A DNA stretch of 64,000 bases from positions 448,001 to 512,000 of the forward strand of contig CAXXUA010000006.1 of assembly GCA_963663765.2 (NCBI GenBank), in the 5' to 3' direction. The notes under the pieces are model-generated. The model was not told the DNA's origin. It worked only from the letters and a program-made list of their open reading frames with translations, and searched no databases. Within the stretch, counting starts at the first letter, position 1. The number at the start of each line of letters is the position of its first letter. The stretch comes from Candidatus Poribacteria bacterium. GTDB taxonomy: Bacteria > Poribacteria > WGA-4E > WGA-3G. Made by a program: the position numbers and the translations under genes. Below, piece by piece: positions 63,099-64,000 of the stretch.

Positions 63099-63811
63099 TA
63101 CGTAGTGTTTACATTTTTTCGCAGTAATGAGTATGGCTGCGAAATACACGAAACCGAGGTAGCGACGGGCGTATTTATCATAACTTGTAGCCACCCGACG
63201 ATACTGCTTCAACCGATGAAAAAAACGTTCAATAACATTACGAAGTTTATACAAGTCTTTATCATAAGGGCGATCTTCAAGACGGTTCTTGCGGGGACGG
63301 GTCACCGGAACACTTCCTTGATCGCCGCATGGAGTTTCGTGGTAAAGCCACCATGACTTCGACCGAGGGCTTCATCGGCTTGTCCTTCATTTTTTTAGGG
63401 GCACCCGCTGCAGATGAATGCGCCCGAACGATCGTTGAATCAACGAGGAACGCAGAGATTCACCGGCATCATGGAAATATTCATGGAGTTTTTCAAAGAC
63501 TCCGGCATCACACCATCTGCCGAAACGTCTTTAGATAGTATTCCAATAACCATAAACTTTCGGCAGCACACGCCAAGTGGCTCCCTGTTTTGTTATCCAG
63601 ACGATTGCTGAGAGAAAACGTCTACAGTCTTCGGGTTTACCGACATAAACGTTTCGTAACGTTTTCAGAAACGGGTGGATGCTCTGCCAAGCAGCATCAC
63701 TAATCATAATAGGAAAATCTTGAGTGTTATCTATGTTTTGAGTTTTCATGGAAAATAGTCTACCAATCCATGCTCAAAATGTCAATAACTTCTAAATGTA
63801 AACACTACGTA
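63099..63811 (-). mobile_element. Decayed, internally deleted IS5-family (IS427-like) element
   Basis: Perfect 18-bp inverted ends TACGTAGTGTTTACATTT (including the flanking TA). Fragments ISDAAW...GATWRVLP..YG.WNTI*, VDSTIVRAH..AAGA.KK, GRSHGGFTTKLH and YKLRNVIERFFHRLKQYRRVAT; premature stop, frameshift and missing middle region. Confidence 0.88.
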
Positions 63812-63863
63812 ATCATTTTGCCTTTGTTTATCTAATCTTAACTTGTAATACGGAGATTATAAA

Positions 63864-64000
63864 ATGAAAATAAAAACAACAACTTCGCTACTAATCTTTT
63901 CTATCTTAGCAACACTCAGTCTGTCAAACGGTTTTGCCCAATATGCACCTCACATGCAAGTGGGTTTACCCGAAGGGGCAATAGCTCGCCTTGGAACAGG
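63864..64000 (+). CDS. 5' end of a secreted protein, probably a WD40-repeat protein (partial)
   Basis: RBS GGAG; MKIKTTTSLLIFSILATLSLSNGFAQ signal peptide followed by GLPEGAIARLGT, a motif that commonly precedes bacterial WD40 propellers. Confidence 0.65.
   Translation, partial: MKIKTTTSLLIFSILATLSLSNGFAQYAPHMQVGLPEGAIARLGT

Overview
Bacterial DNA, probably from Candidatus Poribacteria or a relative (inferred from protein motifs, not confirmed). About 50 kb is a co-oriented array of five giant secreted paralogues (A-E, 2567 to ~3765 aa). They share one plan: signal peptide, three short LRR/Ig-like modules, 15-23 cadherin-like repeats, paralogue-specific long LRR blocks, and a conserved NYPNPFNPETWIPY...RKMLIxK C-terminal domain. 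Paralogue C is split by an intact ISAs1-family element and rejoins in frame when the element is removed. The paralogues are DNA-level mosaics of one another. The array is bracketed by two paralogous ~1100-aa genes that look like catalytically degenerate Prim-Pol + SF2 helicase + Cys cluster + HTH proteins. Each has an apparently leaderless sigma70 promoter and sits head-to-head with an adhesin start; the second adhesin start is truncated. Also present: an LRR/Big/lamin-tail protein with a different C-terminal motif, decayed IS3 and IS5 elements, several MITE/REP-like elements, a 210-bp REP tandem array, a lipoprotein and partial genes at both edges. No rRNA, tRNA, CRISPR-Cas or reverse transcriptase was recognised.
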